From an uncultured bacterium (GTDB lineage: Bacteria; Babelota; Babeliae; Babelales; Babelaceae), in NCBI GenBank assembly GCA_963824495.1, contig CAWGPQ010000012.1, forward strand, positions 1 through 53,862: a DNA stretch of 53,862 bases. The letters are read 5' to 3'. The first letter of the stretch is position 1; each line of letters starts with the position of its first letter. Made by a program: the position numbers and the translations under genes. Shown here one piece after another: positions 39,883 through 49,155 of the stretch. The notes beneath the pieces were generated by a model. That model was not told the DNA's origin. It worked only from the letters and a program-made list of their open reading frames with translations, and did no database searches.

Positions 39883-41250
39883 ATGGAGAGACTTTCAGGA
39901 GAGCGTTACGTGACAATTTTAAAATACTTTTGGCCGGAGTTTATTACAGCGCTGGTACTCTATGCGCTGCCTCATGCGCTTGAAGCGCGATTTATAGCAA
40001 ACTTACGTAATACATCACTTTATATAACACTGGGTGTAACAAGTACGTTATTTCATTTTGTTACTAAGATGGCTGAAGGCTTATCAGTTGGCACCATTAT
40101 TACCTGTGGTCAGTATAACGGTGCACAAGAATTTAAGCAGGTAGGACGTGCTGTTGCTCATGCCTTTTGGATAACATTTTTTATTGGAGCATGTATAGCA
40201 ACCTGCTTATATATAGGTGCTTATCAGATTTATCGCTTTTATGGTCTATCTTCGGATGTGCTTGAAGCAGGGATACCATATCTGCGCTTGCGTGCTGTGA
40301 GTATTTTTTTGATGTTTGTTTATTTTGCTCTTATTGGTTTTTTACGTGGTATAAAGAATACTAAAATTCCCATGGTCTTGTTTATGGTGGGTGGTAGTGT
40401 CTTTTTGTTTTTTGATTACGCGCTTATTAACGGTGTATGGGGGTTTGCAAGGATGGAACTGCAAGGTTCCGCTGTTGCAGCAGTTATCCAATATAGCGTT
40501 ATGGTAGTAGGAGCTCTGGCGTATATTCTTGGTAGTAGCGAAACAAGAAGATATAGTATAACTCTTTTACCATCTTTTGATTGGTCTTTGAGTACGCTCC
40601 TACTATCGTTAAGCTGGCCCGTTATGATCGATAAAGCGGCACTTGCTTTAGCAAAGATATGGCTTGCTCGCTTAATTGCCCCATTAGGTGAAACAGCACT
40701 TGCCAGCTTTACGGTTATTAAAGACGTGAGCCAGTTTGCTTTTATACCCGCTGTTGCTTTTACTCAAGTTGTCACGCTACTTGTCAGTAATGATTATGCG
40801 CTTGGTGATTGGCAGGGAATCAAAGATACGATTAAAAAAATTTTAGGGCTTTCTTTGCTTATGGTTGGTCTGGCTACGCTTGTGCTTTCCGTATCACCAG
40901 CATCTATTATCCGGTTATTTGACCCAGAGGTTGCATTTACGGAATTTGCAGCACGAGCATTCCCATGGCTTGGTATACTCGTTTTATTGGATGTGTTACA
41001 ATTACTATTAGCAGGAGCGCTGAGAGGGGCCGGTGATGTAAAAACGGTTATGAAAGTACGCTTGGCAAACGTACTCGGTTATCTGGTACCCATTTCGCTG
41101 TGCATAGCCGCGCTTCCTTTTCAGTCAACGATGCTGAAGTTTGTTCTCTTGTATGCCTCATTTTATGGTGGTGATGGACTTATGGGTGGTGTGTATATTC
41201 GTCGATTGCGTGGTGATGCTTGGAAACATCAATCGACCGTTACGCTCTGA
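39883..41250 (+). CDS. MATE family efflux transporter
   Basis: About 12 TM segments; GFLRGIKNTKIPM and GALRGAGDVKTVM repeats. Confidence 0.9.
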   Translation: MERLSGERYVTILKYFWPEFITALVLYALPHALEARFIANLRNTSLYITLGVTSTLFHFVTKMAEGLSVGTIITCGQYNGAQEFKQVGRAVAHAFWITFFIGACIATCLYIGAYQIYRFYGLSSDVLEAGIPYLRLRAVSIFLMFVYFALIGFLRGIKNTKIPMVLFMVGGSVFLFFDYALINGVWGFARMELQGSAVAAVIQYSVMVVGALAYILGSSETRRYSITLLPSFDWSLSTLLLSLSWPVMIDKAALALAKIWLARLIAPLGETALASFTVIKDVSQFAFIPAVAFTQVVTLLVSNDYALGDWQGIKDTIKKILGLSLLMVGLATLVLSVSPASIIRLFDPEVAFTEFAARAFPWLGILVLLDVLQLLLAGALRGAGDVKTVMKVRLANVLGYLVPISLCIAALPFQSTMLKFVLLYASFYGGDGLMGGVYIRRLRGDAWKHQSTVTL

Positions 41251-41283
41251 TATAGATATGTATATACTAGTTAAAGGACGTTA

Positions 41284-41595
41284 ATGGCCAAGATTACGCA
41301 AGAAGAAATAAAAAAACTTGCACATATAGCATGTATTGAAATCGATGATCATGAAATAGGTCAGCTTATGCGCGAAATTGAAGCAGTTCTGACGTGTGCT
41401 TCTGGTCTTAAAGATGTCGCTGCTCGATATACGCAGGGGATACCATTGCCAAAAAATATTAATATATTTCGTGCTGATAGTGTTGAACCGAGCAATCCCG
41501 GTCCTCTCTTAGCCCTGGCACCTGAGAGAGAAGGTGATTATTTTGTTGTACCGGTTATTATTGGCGGCACGCAAGATAATCAGGAAGGTAACTAG
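41284..41595 (+). CDS. gatC: Asp/Glu-tRNA amidotransferase subunit C
   Basis: EEIKKLAHIA, NIFRAD, LAPEREGDYFVVP; directly upstream of gatA. Confidence 0.9.
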   Translation: MAKITQEEIKKLAHIACIEIDDHEIGQLMREIEAVLTCASGLKDVAARYTQGIPLPKNINIFRADSVEPSNPGPLLALAPEREGDYFVVPVIIGGTQDNQEGN

Positions 41596-41597
41596 GT

Positions 41598-43049
41598 ATG
41601 AATGAACTTGCTTTTGCATCAGTTAAAAAACTACGAGAAAAAATTGCTCGTAACGAGCTTTCAGCACGTGAACTGCTTGAGTTCTGTACAGGTCGCTTTG
41701 CTCAGCACGATGGATCTATAGGCAGTGCTCTTGAGATTTTTGATCAAGAATCGATTCTTGCTTCCAGTAAAGCTGGTAAAGCACCGGGCTTATTAGCTGG
41801 CATTCCCGGTATCATTAAAGATAATATTTGCCAAAAGGACAGAATAGCTTCGTGCGCATCACGTATGCTTGAGAATTATCGTGCACCTTATGATGCTACA
41901 GTAATTAAGAGCTTAAAAGATCAGGGAGCTCTTCTTATAGGACGTGCTAACTGTGATGAATTTGCTATGGGTAGCTCTACCGAAACATCTGCCTATAAAA
42001 AAACAGCAAATCCTTGGGATCTTGCCCGAGTACCTGGTGGGTCAAGCGGAGGTTCAGCAGCTGCAGTTGCAGCAGGATTTGTACCGTGGGCATTAGGAAG
42101 TGACACAGGTGGATCGGTAAGGCATCCTGCAGGCCTATGTGGGATTGTTGGTAGTAAGCCCACTTATGGGTTAGTGTCTCGTTATGGGCTTATTGCTTAT
42201 GCCTCATCACTCGATCAGATTGGGGTTCTGACACGAACTGTGTATGATAATGCACTGATACTTTCGCTGCTGACCGGACACGATCCTCGTGATGCAACAT
42301 CTCGCAGTGAAGCACCTCGTGACTATAGTAAGAATCTTACGGGCAGGCTTGAGCAAGGATTACGAATTGGTATTGTTGAAAATGCTGTTTACGCAGATGG
42401 TATCGATCCGGATATACAAGAAGCTTTAGACACAGCATTACGTCAGCTAGAAAAGCTTGGTGCTCAGTTAGTCAAACTAAAGCTGCCAACTATGGATTAT
42501 GGCGCTGCCGTGTACTTTATGATAAGCCGTGCAGAAGCGGCATCGAATCTGGCGCGTTTTGATGGGGTCCGTTATGGATTTCGTGACACTCAAGCTGAAA
42601 CACTTGCTGAACTCTATGCAGGTACCCGGGGTAAGGGTTTTGGGAGTGAAGTTAAGCTTCGTATATTAATTGGTAATTATGTGCTTTCGGTTGGCCATGC
42701 TCATGAATATTATGAAAGCGCTCGTCGTGTGCAAGAGCTTATGCGTGCTGAATTTGTACAAGCATTTAACGAGGTTGACCTGTTGTTTTTACCAACGAGT
42801 CCCTCTGGTGCTTTTGCATTTAATGCTTTCGCTCATAATAAGCTTCAAATGGACTTACAAGATTATTTTACCGCACCCGCAAATCTGGTAGGTATTCCGG
42901 CGCTATCAGTGCCATGTGGGTTTACGCGTGAAAACTTGCCCATAGGCTTTCAGCTCTTTGGACCAGATTGCTCAGAAGATCTGCTCTTTCAAACCGCTTA
43001 TGCGTATGAGCAAAGCACTCTATGGCACACTATGCATCCGCTGCTATGA
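41598..43049 (+). CDS. gatA: Asp/Glu-tRNA amidotransferase subunit A
   Basis: IKDNI, DEFAMGSSTE, PGGSSGGSAAAV, GSDTGGSVR, SNLARFDGVRYG. Confidence 0.96.
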   Translation: MNELAFASVKKLREKIARNELSARELLEFCTGRFAQHDGSIGSALEIFDQESILASSKAGKAPGLLAGIPGIIKDNICQKDRIASCASRMLENYRAPYDATVIKSLKDQGALLIGRANCDEFAMGSSTETSAYKKTANPWDLARVPGGSSGGSAAAVAAGFVPWALGSDTGGSVRHPAGLCGIVGSKPTYGLVSRYGLIAYASSLDQIGVLTRTVYDNALILSLLTGHDPRDATSRSEAPRDYSKNLTGRLEQGLRIGIVENAVYADGIDPDIQEALDTALRQLEKLGAQLVKLKLPTMDYGAAVYFMISRAEAASNLARFDGVRYGFRDTQAETLAELYAGTRGKGFGSEVKLRILIGNYVLSVGHAHEYYESARRVQELMRAEFVQAFNEVDLLFLPTSPSGAFAFNAFAHNKLQMDLQDYFTAPANLVGIPALSVPCGFTRENLPIGFQLFGPDCSEDLLFQTAYAYEQSTLWHTMHPLL

Positions 43050-43143
43050 CCCCGATTAACCTAAAGTATTAAAAAAGTATTAAAAATGAATGCAAAGTTT
43101 GCCATACTAGAGTTAGACAAAACAGATTGTTAGAAAGAATAGT

Positions 43144-43752
43144 ATGGGTATAAATATTTTTGCTCAAGGATTGCTTATTGGTTTTCTAGCAGCTATTCCT
43201 GTGGGACCAATAAGCATTTTATGCATTCGGCGTACGTTAACAGAACGGCTTGCTCGCGGATTGGCAAGTGGGTTGGGGGCAGCAACTGCTGACGGTATCT
43301 TTGCCGGCTTAGCAGTATTGGGGTTAACAAACATCTCATCTTTTTTACTTAATTATTTAAATGGTTTTAGAGTATTTGGCTCAGTAATGCTAATATACCT
43401 AGGATATATGGCATTATCCCGAACCCCTGTCGTCAACGTTGGCCCCATAACAACGGGGAGTATATGGCGAACCTATTTTTCTACATTCTTGCTTACGCTC
43501 ACTAATCCGTTTACTGTAATGACATTTGCTGCTCTTTTGGCATGGTTTGGTGTGCCAGCAGCTACCTATGATTCAGTGATACCTGTAGCTGTTGGTGTAT
43601 TTATTGGCTCTGCTCTTTGGTTTAGCTGTTTAAGCATTAGCATACATGCTGTACGTGAGCGTTGTACGGCAACAACAATTCAAACAATTAATCGTTTATC
43701 AAGCTTCTTGCTTATCTTTTTTGGTATACTAGCTCTTTGTATTAGATTTTGA
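43144..43752 (+). CDS. LysE family translocator
   Basis: AAIPVGPISILCIRRTL, GLGAATADG, FLLTLTNP. Confidence 0.88.
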   Translation: MGINIFAQGLLIGFLAAIPVGPISILCIRRTLTERLARGLASGLGAATADGIFAGLAVLGLTNISSFLLNYLNGFRVFGSVMLIYLGYMALSRTPVVNVGPITTGSIWRTYFSTFLLTLTNPFTVMTFAALLAWFGVPAATYDSVIPVAVGVFIGSALWFSCLSISIHAVRERCTATTIQTINRLSSFLLIFFGILALCIRF

Positions 43753-43754
43753 TC

Positions 43755-45119
43755 ATGCCCCGTATAGTGATTTTTTTGGGTGTGTTTGTTGTTCCTGGTC
43801 TCTATGCCATGGCTTCCCAAGATGCAGAGCTTCTTAAAGCAGCTATAGGTGGTGATTTTATTTTAACAAAAGCACTTATAGAACAAGGTGCTGATGTTAA
43901 TTGTTCTGATCTAGAAGGCAACACTCCCCTTCACTATGCGGTTACCATGCAAAATAGTAACATATTAAAATATTTCGAAGCATGGGGAGCTCGACCAAAA
44001 GGTATTCCCGATAACTTACGGTTATCCTATATACACATTATTCTTGAACTTTTAGCGGCTAACGCTGCGGTTAACCAAAGTAATGACCAAAAACGTACGG
44101 CACTTCATTATGCGGTCTACCAAGGCCATGTTGATGTAGTTGAAATACTTTTAGATCACGGTGCCGATGTACAAGTGCTTGACGTAGGCAGACAAACACC
44201 TCTTCATATAGCAGCTTCTCATGGTGATGTACCTATGATACGGTTTTTGCTTGATCATGGTGGTTTTACTCATGAATTTAACGTCCTTGGCAGAACCTGT
44301 CTTGATTTAGCCGTATCCACTGGCTCACTGCCAATTGTGAAGCTATTGCTTATTGAGGGAGCTGTCGTAAGCAAGTCAAATAGAGCTGGCAAAACACCAC
44401 TTAAACGCGCTCTTGAAAAAGGTTATTCAGAGATAGCAACATGCTTGCTCCTTCATGGTGCTCGTGTTCCAGATCTTGCTACGCTTGCTGAAGGTGAACG
44501 GGATATTCTGCAGGCAGTTTTAGGTCCACTGGTAATAGATGAGCTTTCTTCCGCGTGTGTACGGGGCAATACTGATCGCGTAAGGGAGTTGTTACAGGCT
44601 CCTTCATGTCGTGTGCGTGGTCTTGAGCATCAATTAAGGGCCCTTAAGCGTTTTGGTAAGTGGCTTATTGATTATATTGTTCAGCCTCGTATAACTACTC
44701 CTTTGCATTGGGCAGTAGCTCAAGATTATCGTGAGATTGTCCAACAGCTGCTTGCAGATGGTCAGAGAGTTGATGCAAAAAATCAGTATGGTAATACACC
44801 ATTACATTTTGCTGCAGCTCATAATAATCTGCCTCTTGCTCATATGCTTATTATGGATAAAGCACGTGATACTATTACTAATGATCATGGATTAACGCCA
44901 TGGCAACTAGCATGCAAAAGCGGCTATTCAGAATTACCGACACGTATAGCCATGCCAATTATAGATCAAGTTCTCCACAATGAGCACCTGTTAGTTCAAT
45001 ATCATGCAAACACCGACCCCAATTCAGGTATGCCACGCATTAATGCTCTGCCTGAAGAACTTATAGAGAATATTAAAAAATTTTTACCCCGAAAGCATGG
45101 TATGTACCATGTGCCGTAA
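43755..45119 (+). CDS. Secreted ankyrin-repeat protein with C-terminal F-box-like motif
   Basis: Signal ending LYAM; ankyrin repeats; INALPEELIENIKKFL. Confidence 0.9.
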   Translation: MPRIVIFLGVFVVPGLYAMASQDAELLKAAIGGDFILTKALIEQGADVNCSDLEGNTPLHYAVTMQNSNILKYFEAWGARPKGIPDNLRLSYIHIILELLAANAAVNQSNDQKRTALHYAVYQGHVDVVEILLDHGADVQVLDVGRQTPLHIAASHGDVPMIRFLLDHGGFTHEFNVLGRTCLDLAVSTGSLPIVKLLLIEGAVVSKSNRAGKTPLKRALEKGYSEIATCLLLHGARVPDLATLAEGERDILQAVLGPLVIDELSSACVRGNTDRVRELLQAPSCRVRGLEHQLRALKRFGKWLIDYIVQPRITTPLHWAVAQDYREIVQQLLADGQRVDAKNQYGNTPLHFAAAHNNLPLAHMLIMDKARDTITNDHGLTPWQLACKSGYSELPTRIAMPIIDQVLHNEHLLVQYHANTDPNSGMPRINALPEELIENIKKFLPRKHGMYHVP

Positions 45120-45149
45120 AAGTGTGTCTCATGGCAAAAAGACTACTTA

Positions 45150-45371
45150 TTGACACTCGCCTAAAAGCAGGTCATTCTTGTTTCAGCAACGCAGCCTACG
45201 AGAAAGATGCTTGGTTCGGGTCTCACATGGTCTGCAGAAGCTTTACTGTGGGAATACCCTCCCCCAGATTGATAATTACCTATCACCCATAAGTTACCGT
45301 ATTTTTAAATTTAAACAAGCAAAATAGCAAAGCTATTTCACTTGCTAAAGCAAGGAGTTTTATAGAGAGAT
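45150..45371 (-). mobile_element. Non-autonomous IS200/IS605-type element, copy 2 (internally shortened)
   Basis: Homologous to 8699-9013; right end CAAGAATGACCTGCTTTTAGGCGAGTGTCAA; 54-bp identical internal block. Confidence 0.72.
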
Positions 45372-45530
45372 TTGATAAAAGCAGCGTAAGTTCCGTCGGA
45401 TTTTTAATTTGATAAGAAGTCTTATGGCTAGGGCACAGTTTGTCTATTTGCCCGCGTATCTTTACTTTTTTATTATGCTTTTAGTATAATTAAATATAAA
45501 TATATAAAAAAATTAATAAGGAGTTACGAT

Positions 45531-46784
45531 ATGATTAAAAATATTACAACATTACATGGTATAGTATTGCTTGCTGCTGGTCTCTTGTTGACCAATAATC
45601 TGCTTGTAGAGTGTATAGGGGTTCAACAACACTCTAATCCTGCTGCTGATGAAGGATTAATAATGGCAACTATACAAGGAGACCTTGAGAAGGCAAAAGC
45701 CGCACTTGACGCTGGTGCCGATGCTAATTATGTTGATACTTACGACAATACTGCACTTATAGAAGCGGTTAAGAATGGACATACAAAAATAGTAAGAATG
45801 CTTATAGAAGCTGGTGCTGATATTAATTATGCTAATAATAAGGGCAATACTGCTCTTACCTTGGCAATCATAAGTAGACAGGCAGATATGGTTAGATTGC
45901 TTCTGGAAGCTGGAGCTGACGCTAATCATATTGATAATGAGACTGGCTATACTCCGCTTATGGTTACTATTAGACTTTTAGAAGCAGCACCAGATGAATC
46001 GCGACCTCAATTCCTAGAAACTATACAATTGTTACTTGAATATGGCGCAAGGATACCAAGTGGAGATGATTTTACAAAACTACATCCTAAACTTGATGTA
46101 AAAGAGGTTGGGCGCTACATCGGGAATATCTTAAAAGATGTGTTTGGTGGCAACCTACTTGCTTATGCAGCGGCTATAGGCGATGTAAAGCGTGTAGCAC
46201 AGTTACTTTCTACTTTACCCCAGACTCAACCACAATCACCTAAGACCAAATCGTTGATTGCTCAGTTACATAAGCTGCTTGCTTCTCATGCCATATTGCC
46301 ACCCGCCATACCTGCTCAACCACTTGCTATTAATCGGCAAGATAGTCATGGTATGACAGCATTACACTGGGCTGCTGCTCAAGGACATGACGATATCGTA
46401 AGACTCTTGCTTGATCACGGTGCTCATATCAATGTACAAGATAGAGACGGCAATACACCCTTACATATAGCAGTTCGTAATGGTAACTTGAGTACTGTTA
46501 AACTTCTGGTTGAACGTGGTGCTCGAGTAACTCTTGTCAATCGGCATGGTGAGACACCTTTAGCCCTTGCCCATAGGTATCATCGCCCCGATATTGTTGC
46601 ATTGTTAGAAAGAGGGGCAGGTCATGCTGTATTTGGCAGAATATCAACACTCGGCCGTACGAGGGGTGGCTTTGCATGGCAACCAGCAGGTCAGCAGCAA
46701 CCTCTTCCGCCCGATGTTGCGAGACAAATTGCCCAGTTTGCTCTTGCTCCTGGAAACATACCTCCAGCAGGATCGCCTTCTTAA
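45531..46784 (+). CDS. Secreted ankyrin-repeat protein with C-terminal F-box-like motif
   Basis: Signal-like N-terminus, ankyrin repeats, LPPDVARQIAQFA. Confidence 0.9.
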   Translation: MIKNITTLHGIVLLAAGLLLTNNLLVECIGVQQHSNPAADEGLIMATIQGDLEKAKAALDAGADANYVDTYDNTALIEAVKNGHTKIVRMLIEAGADINYANNKGNTALTLAIISRQADMVRLLLEAGADANHIDNETGYTPLMVTIRLLEAAPDESRPQFLETIQLLLEYGARIPSGDDFTKLHPKLDVKEVGRYIGNILKDVFGGNLLAYAAAIGDVKRVAQLLSTLPQTQPQSPKTKSLIAQLHKLLASHAILPPAIPAQPLAINRQDSHGMTALHWAAAQGHDDIVRLLLDHGAHINVQDRDGNTPLHIAVRNGNLSTVKLLVERGARVTLVNRHGETPLALAHRYHRPDIVALLERGAGHAVFGRISTLGRTRGGFAWQPAGQQQPLPPDVARQIAQFALAPGNIPPAGSPS

Positions 46785-46920
46785 GCCCATTCAGGTAACA
46801 TCAGCACGCGTCTGCACGGTTGGCGGGACCAGATTCTTAAAGTTTGGACAGAGAAATAATGCTGTGCTAAACTTACCTATATTAAAAATGTGATTTCAAA
46901 AGAAAGTTATCGGCTTGTTT

Positions 46921-47754
46921 ATGCGTTCTGTACAACGATCTTTTGGTACATTTCGTTATTGGATTCTTGGCTTTGCTCTTATACTTGGCTCAAGCCGGTT
47001 GCTTACGTTTAGAACAGGATCGCTTGAAATGCTTTGTTCGTACGTCCTTTATCCATTTTTAGTTGCACAGCATACGTTTATAGTTCCGGTTAAGCTATGG
47101 TTTGAACGATGGCACGTTATGCATGAGCTTGAGGAATTAGTAAAACGTCAACATGCTGAATTAGAAGTGCTTACTGCAGAAAATATACAGTTGCAATCAT
47201 CACGTGCTCATATGAATGCAATTAGTGAACTGATTGATTTCAAAAAACGTTATAGTGCACATAACGCTCTTATTGCTCAAGTGCTTTTTAAAAATTTTTC
47301 GGATCAATCGCACTTTTTTCTTATTGATGCCGGATCACGAGCAGGTGTAGCTCCCGATATGGTTGTTGTCTATAAGAGTTGTTTAGTTGGGCGTATTAGT
47401 GATGTATACCCTTTTTATAGCAAAGTCATGTTAATAACTGACCCAGCATGCAAAGTATCTGCATTCTGTGTTCCTACAGGAGCACAAGGTATCCATGAAG
47501 GTACTGGTGTGCTTCATGAAACACAGCTTTCTTTTGTCAGTCATTTAGCTACATTTCATGAGAATGACAGTGTTGTTTCTAGTGGTGATGGATTAGTATT
47601 CCCCAAAGGATTTGGTTTAGGGCGCATTATAGCATCCGAACTGAAGGGCTTCCAGTACACTATTAAGATAAAGCCTTTTCTTAACTTACGAAGCCTTACA
47701 CATTGCTGCGTATTACAAAAAGGTGCAGAGCTCATTAAAGATACTATGCCATAA
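46921..47754 (+). CDS. mreC: Rod shape-determining protein MreC
   Basis: TM plus coiled coil; IDAGSRAGV, LVGRI, SKVMLITDP, VVSSGDGLVFPKG. Confidence 0.9.
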   Translation: MRSVQRSFGTFRYWILGFALILGSSRLLTFRTGSLEMLCSYVLYPFLVAQHTFIVPVKLWFERWHVMHELEELVKRQHAELEVLTAENIQLQSSRAHMNAISELIDFKKRYSAHNALIAQVLFKNFSDQSHFFLIDAGSRAGVAPDMVVVYKSCLVGRISDVYPFYSKVMLITDPACKVSAFCVPTGAQGIHEGTGVLHETQLSFVSHLATFHENDSVVSSGDGLVFPKGFGLGRIIASELKGFQYTIKIKPFLNLRSLTHCCVLQKGAELIKDTMP

Positions 47755-47952
47755 GCTACTTGTACCTAATGTAATAACCCATCATAAGCACCTATATCTT
47801 GCGCTGGTTCCCGATGAAACCCCTATGGCTAGGACATAATTGGTGCGAGCGCGCTGTTATCTTTTATGTAACTCTTGAACTCTTAATTATATCTATTATA
47901 CGATAATTATAATATATACTATCACCATAATTATTGTATAAGCGATGAATAA

Positions 47953-48603
47953 ATGTCAAGTAAAAATGTGCTTATCCTGTTGAGTGTCGGAATCACTATA
48001 GGTTTTAGCAATCATTGTGATGCTTATACTTGGAAGGTGGTAAATTGGCTTGAAAAACCGGTAATGGTTAAGATTAATCTTCTTGGAGAAGGGCCATCAA
48101 AGGAAGTTCCGCCTTCGATTCAAATTAATGACCAGCGTGAGGTAACCGTTTTAAAACCCAATATAATCCCTATAAGCACAGAGAACAAAATTCAAGCAGG
48201 TTGTTGTATTAAGAACATTGAGGTATACCCTCCTGGTCATCCAGAGAAGTCAGTTACGTTACCTGTAAGATCTGTCACAGCTCAAGGAGCTGCACAAATA
48301 GCAAGATACATAGGACGTGTTATTACCCGTGCTAGTGTGCTACCGCTCATTGGGATTGTTGGACCAGTGGCAGCGGTAGGGATGATAGTAGATCCTTTAG
48401 TGGGTGCGGGTATTCTTGTTTCGGCAGCGGTTGCAGAAATAGAGGTTGGTGAAATAGCAGTGATAAGAGCTTTAGCAATTGATGCTCGTGAGAAATGCTC
48501 AAGCAAGGAGCTATTAATAGCTGCCGATGCTGCATACATTGTTGTAGATGGTAATTTGGAAGAGAGCACGAAGGAATGGTATCAAGCTTCGCAGCCCATG
48601 TAA
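47953..48603 (+). CDS. Secreted CDAYTW-family protein with a hydrophobic hairpin
   Basis: Signal ending CDA-YTW; GCCIKNIEV; long Gly/Ala/Val-rich stretch; EKCSSKELLI. Confidence 0.8.
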   Translation: MSSKNVLILLSVGITIGFSNHCDAYTWKVVNWLEKPVMVKINLLGEGPSKEVPPSIQINDQREVTVLKPNIIPISTENKIQAGCCIKNIEVYPPGHPEKSVTLPVRSVTAQGAAQIARYIGRVITRASVLPLIGIVGPVAAVGMIVDPLVGAGILVSAAVAEIEVGEIAVIRALAIDAREKCSSKELLIAADAAYIVVDGNLEESTKEWYQASQPM

Positions 48604-48642
48604 TGACCCCAAAGTCGGAACACATATAAGATGTCTGATTTT
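48599..48642 (+). mobile_element. IS3-type inverted-repeat remnant
   Basis: TGTAATGACCCCAAAGTCGGAACAC resembles the IRL TATAATGACCCCCAGAAATCAGACAC at 52551; followed by TGTCTGATTT, the reverse complement of AAATCAGACA. Confidence 0.5.
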
Positions 48643-48653
48643 CATATTCTACG

Positions 48654-48769
48654 GTCGATTGTGAGCCAATTTCGTCAACTGACCCAAGCTCAAGGGCCTG
48701 GTGCTCGATAAAGATTTTACCATTACCCCAAACATTGGCTTGATTGAGCTGAAGCTGTGGCCGCATTTT
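48654..48769 (-). pseudogene. Duplicated internal fragment of sppA
   Basis: MRPQLQLNQANVWGNGKIFIEHQALELGSVDEIGSQST versus MRPQLQLAQVGVWGNGKVFTGHQGLELGLVDEIGSQST in sppA. Confidence 0.85.
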
Positions 48770-48913
48770 CGAAAACGTATTGTGCAGGTTTTTTGATTAA
48801 AAATTCTTTTTTTTTGATGAAAATATTGCAACTTGTAAAATTAATTATCTATAAGAAAAATAATTAGTATAAACAAATATGTTTTATTCTAAAGAAAGGG
48901 CAAGGAGAAAAAA

Positions 48914-49132
48914 ATGTCAATTAAAAATGTGATTGCCCTTGTGGGTATTGGAATTATAGGCTTTAGCAATTACTGCAGTGCTTATACCCGGAGGGTAGTG
49001 AGTTGGCTTGAGAAACCGGTGATGGTTAAACTTAATCTTGCCTGCGTAGGAAAAGGGCCTGCAGCACAACAAGTCGATCCTTCGGTCGTGTTTGCCAAAT
49101 CAGACGGAATGTATGGAGTAGTAGATTTTTGA
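48914..49132 (+). pseudogene. Truncated CDAYTW-family paralog
   Basis: MSIKNVIALVGIGIIGFSNYCSAYTRRVVSWLEKPVMVKLNL aligns to the N-terminus of 47953; only 72 aa. Confidence 0.75.
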
Positions 49133-49155
49133 CTCCCAGGCCAGTTACCATAAAA

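Noticed and set aside
48347..48766. 139-aa minus-strand ORF
   Set aside because: Chimera of the sppA fragment and the antisense of the 47953 gene
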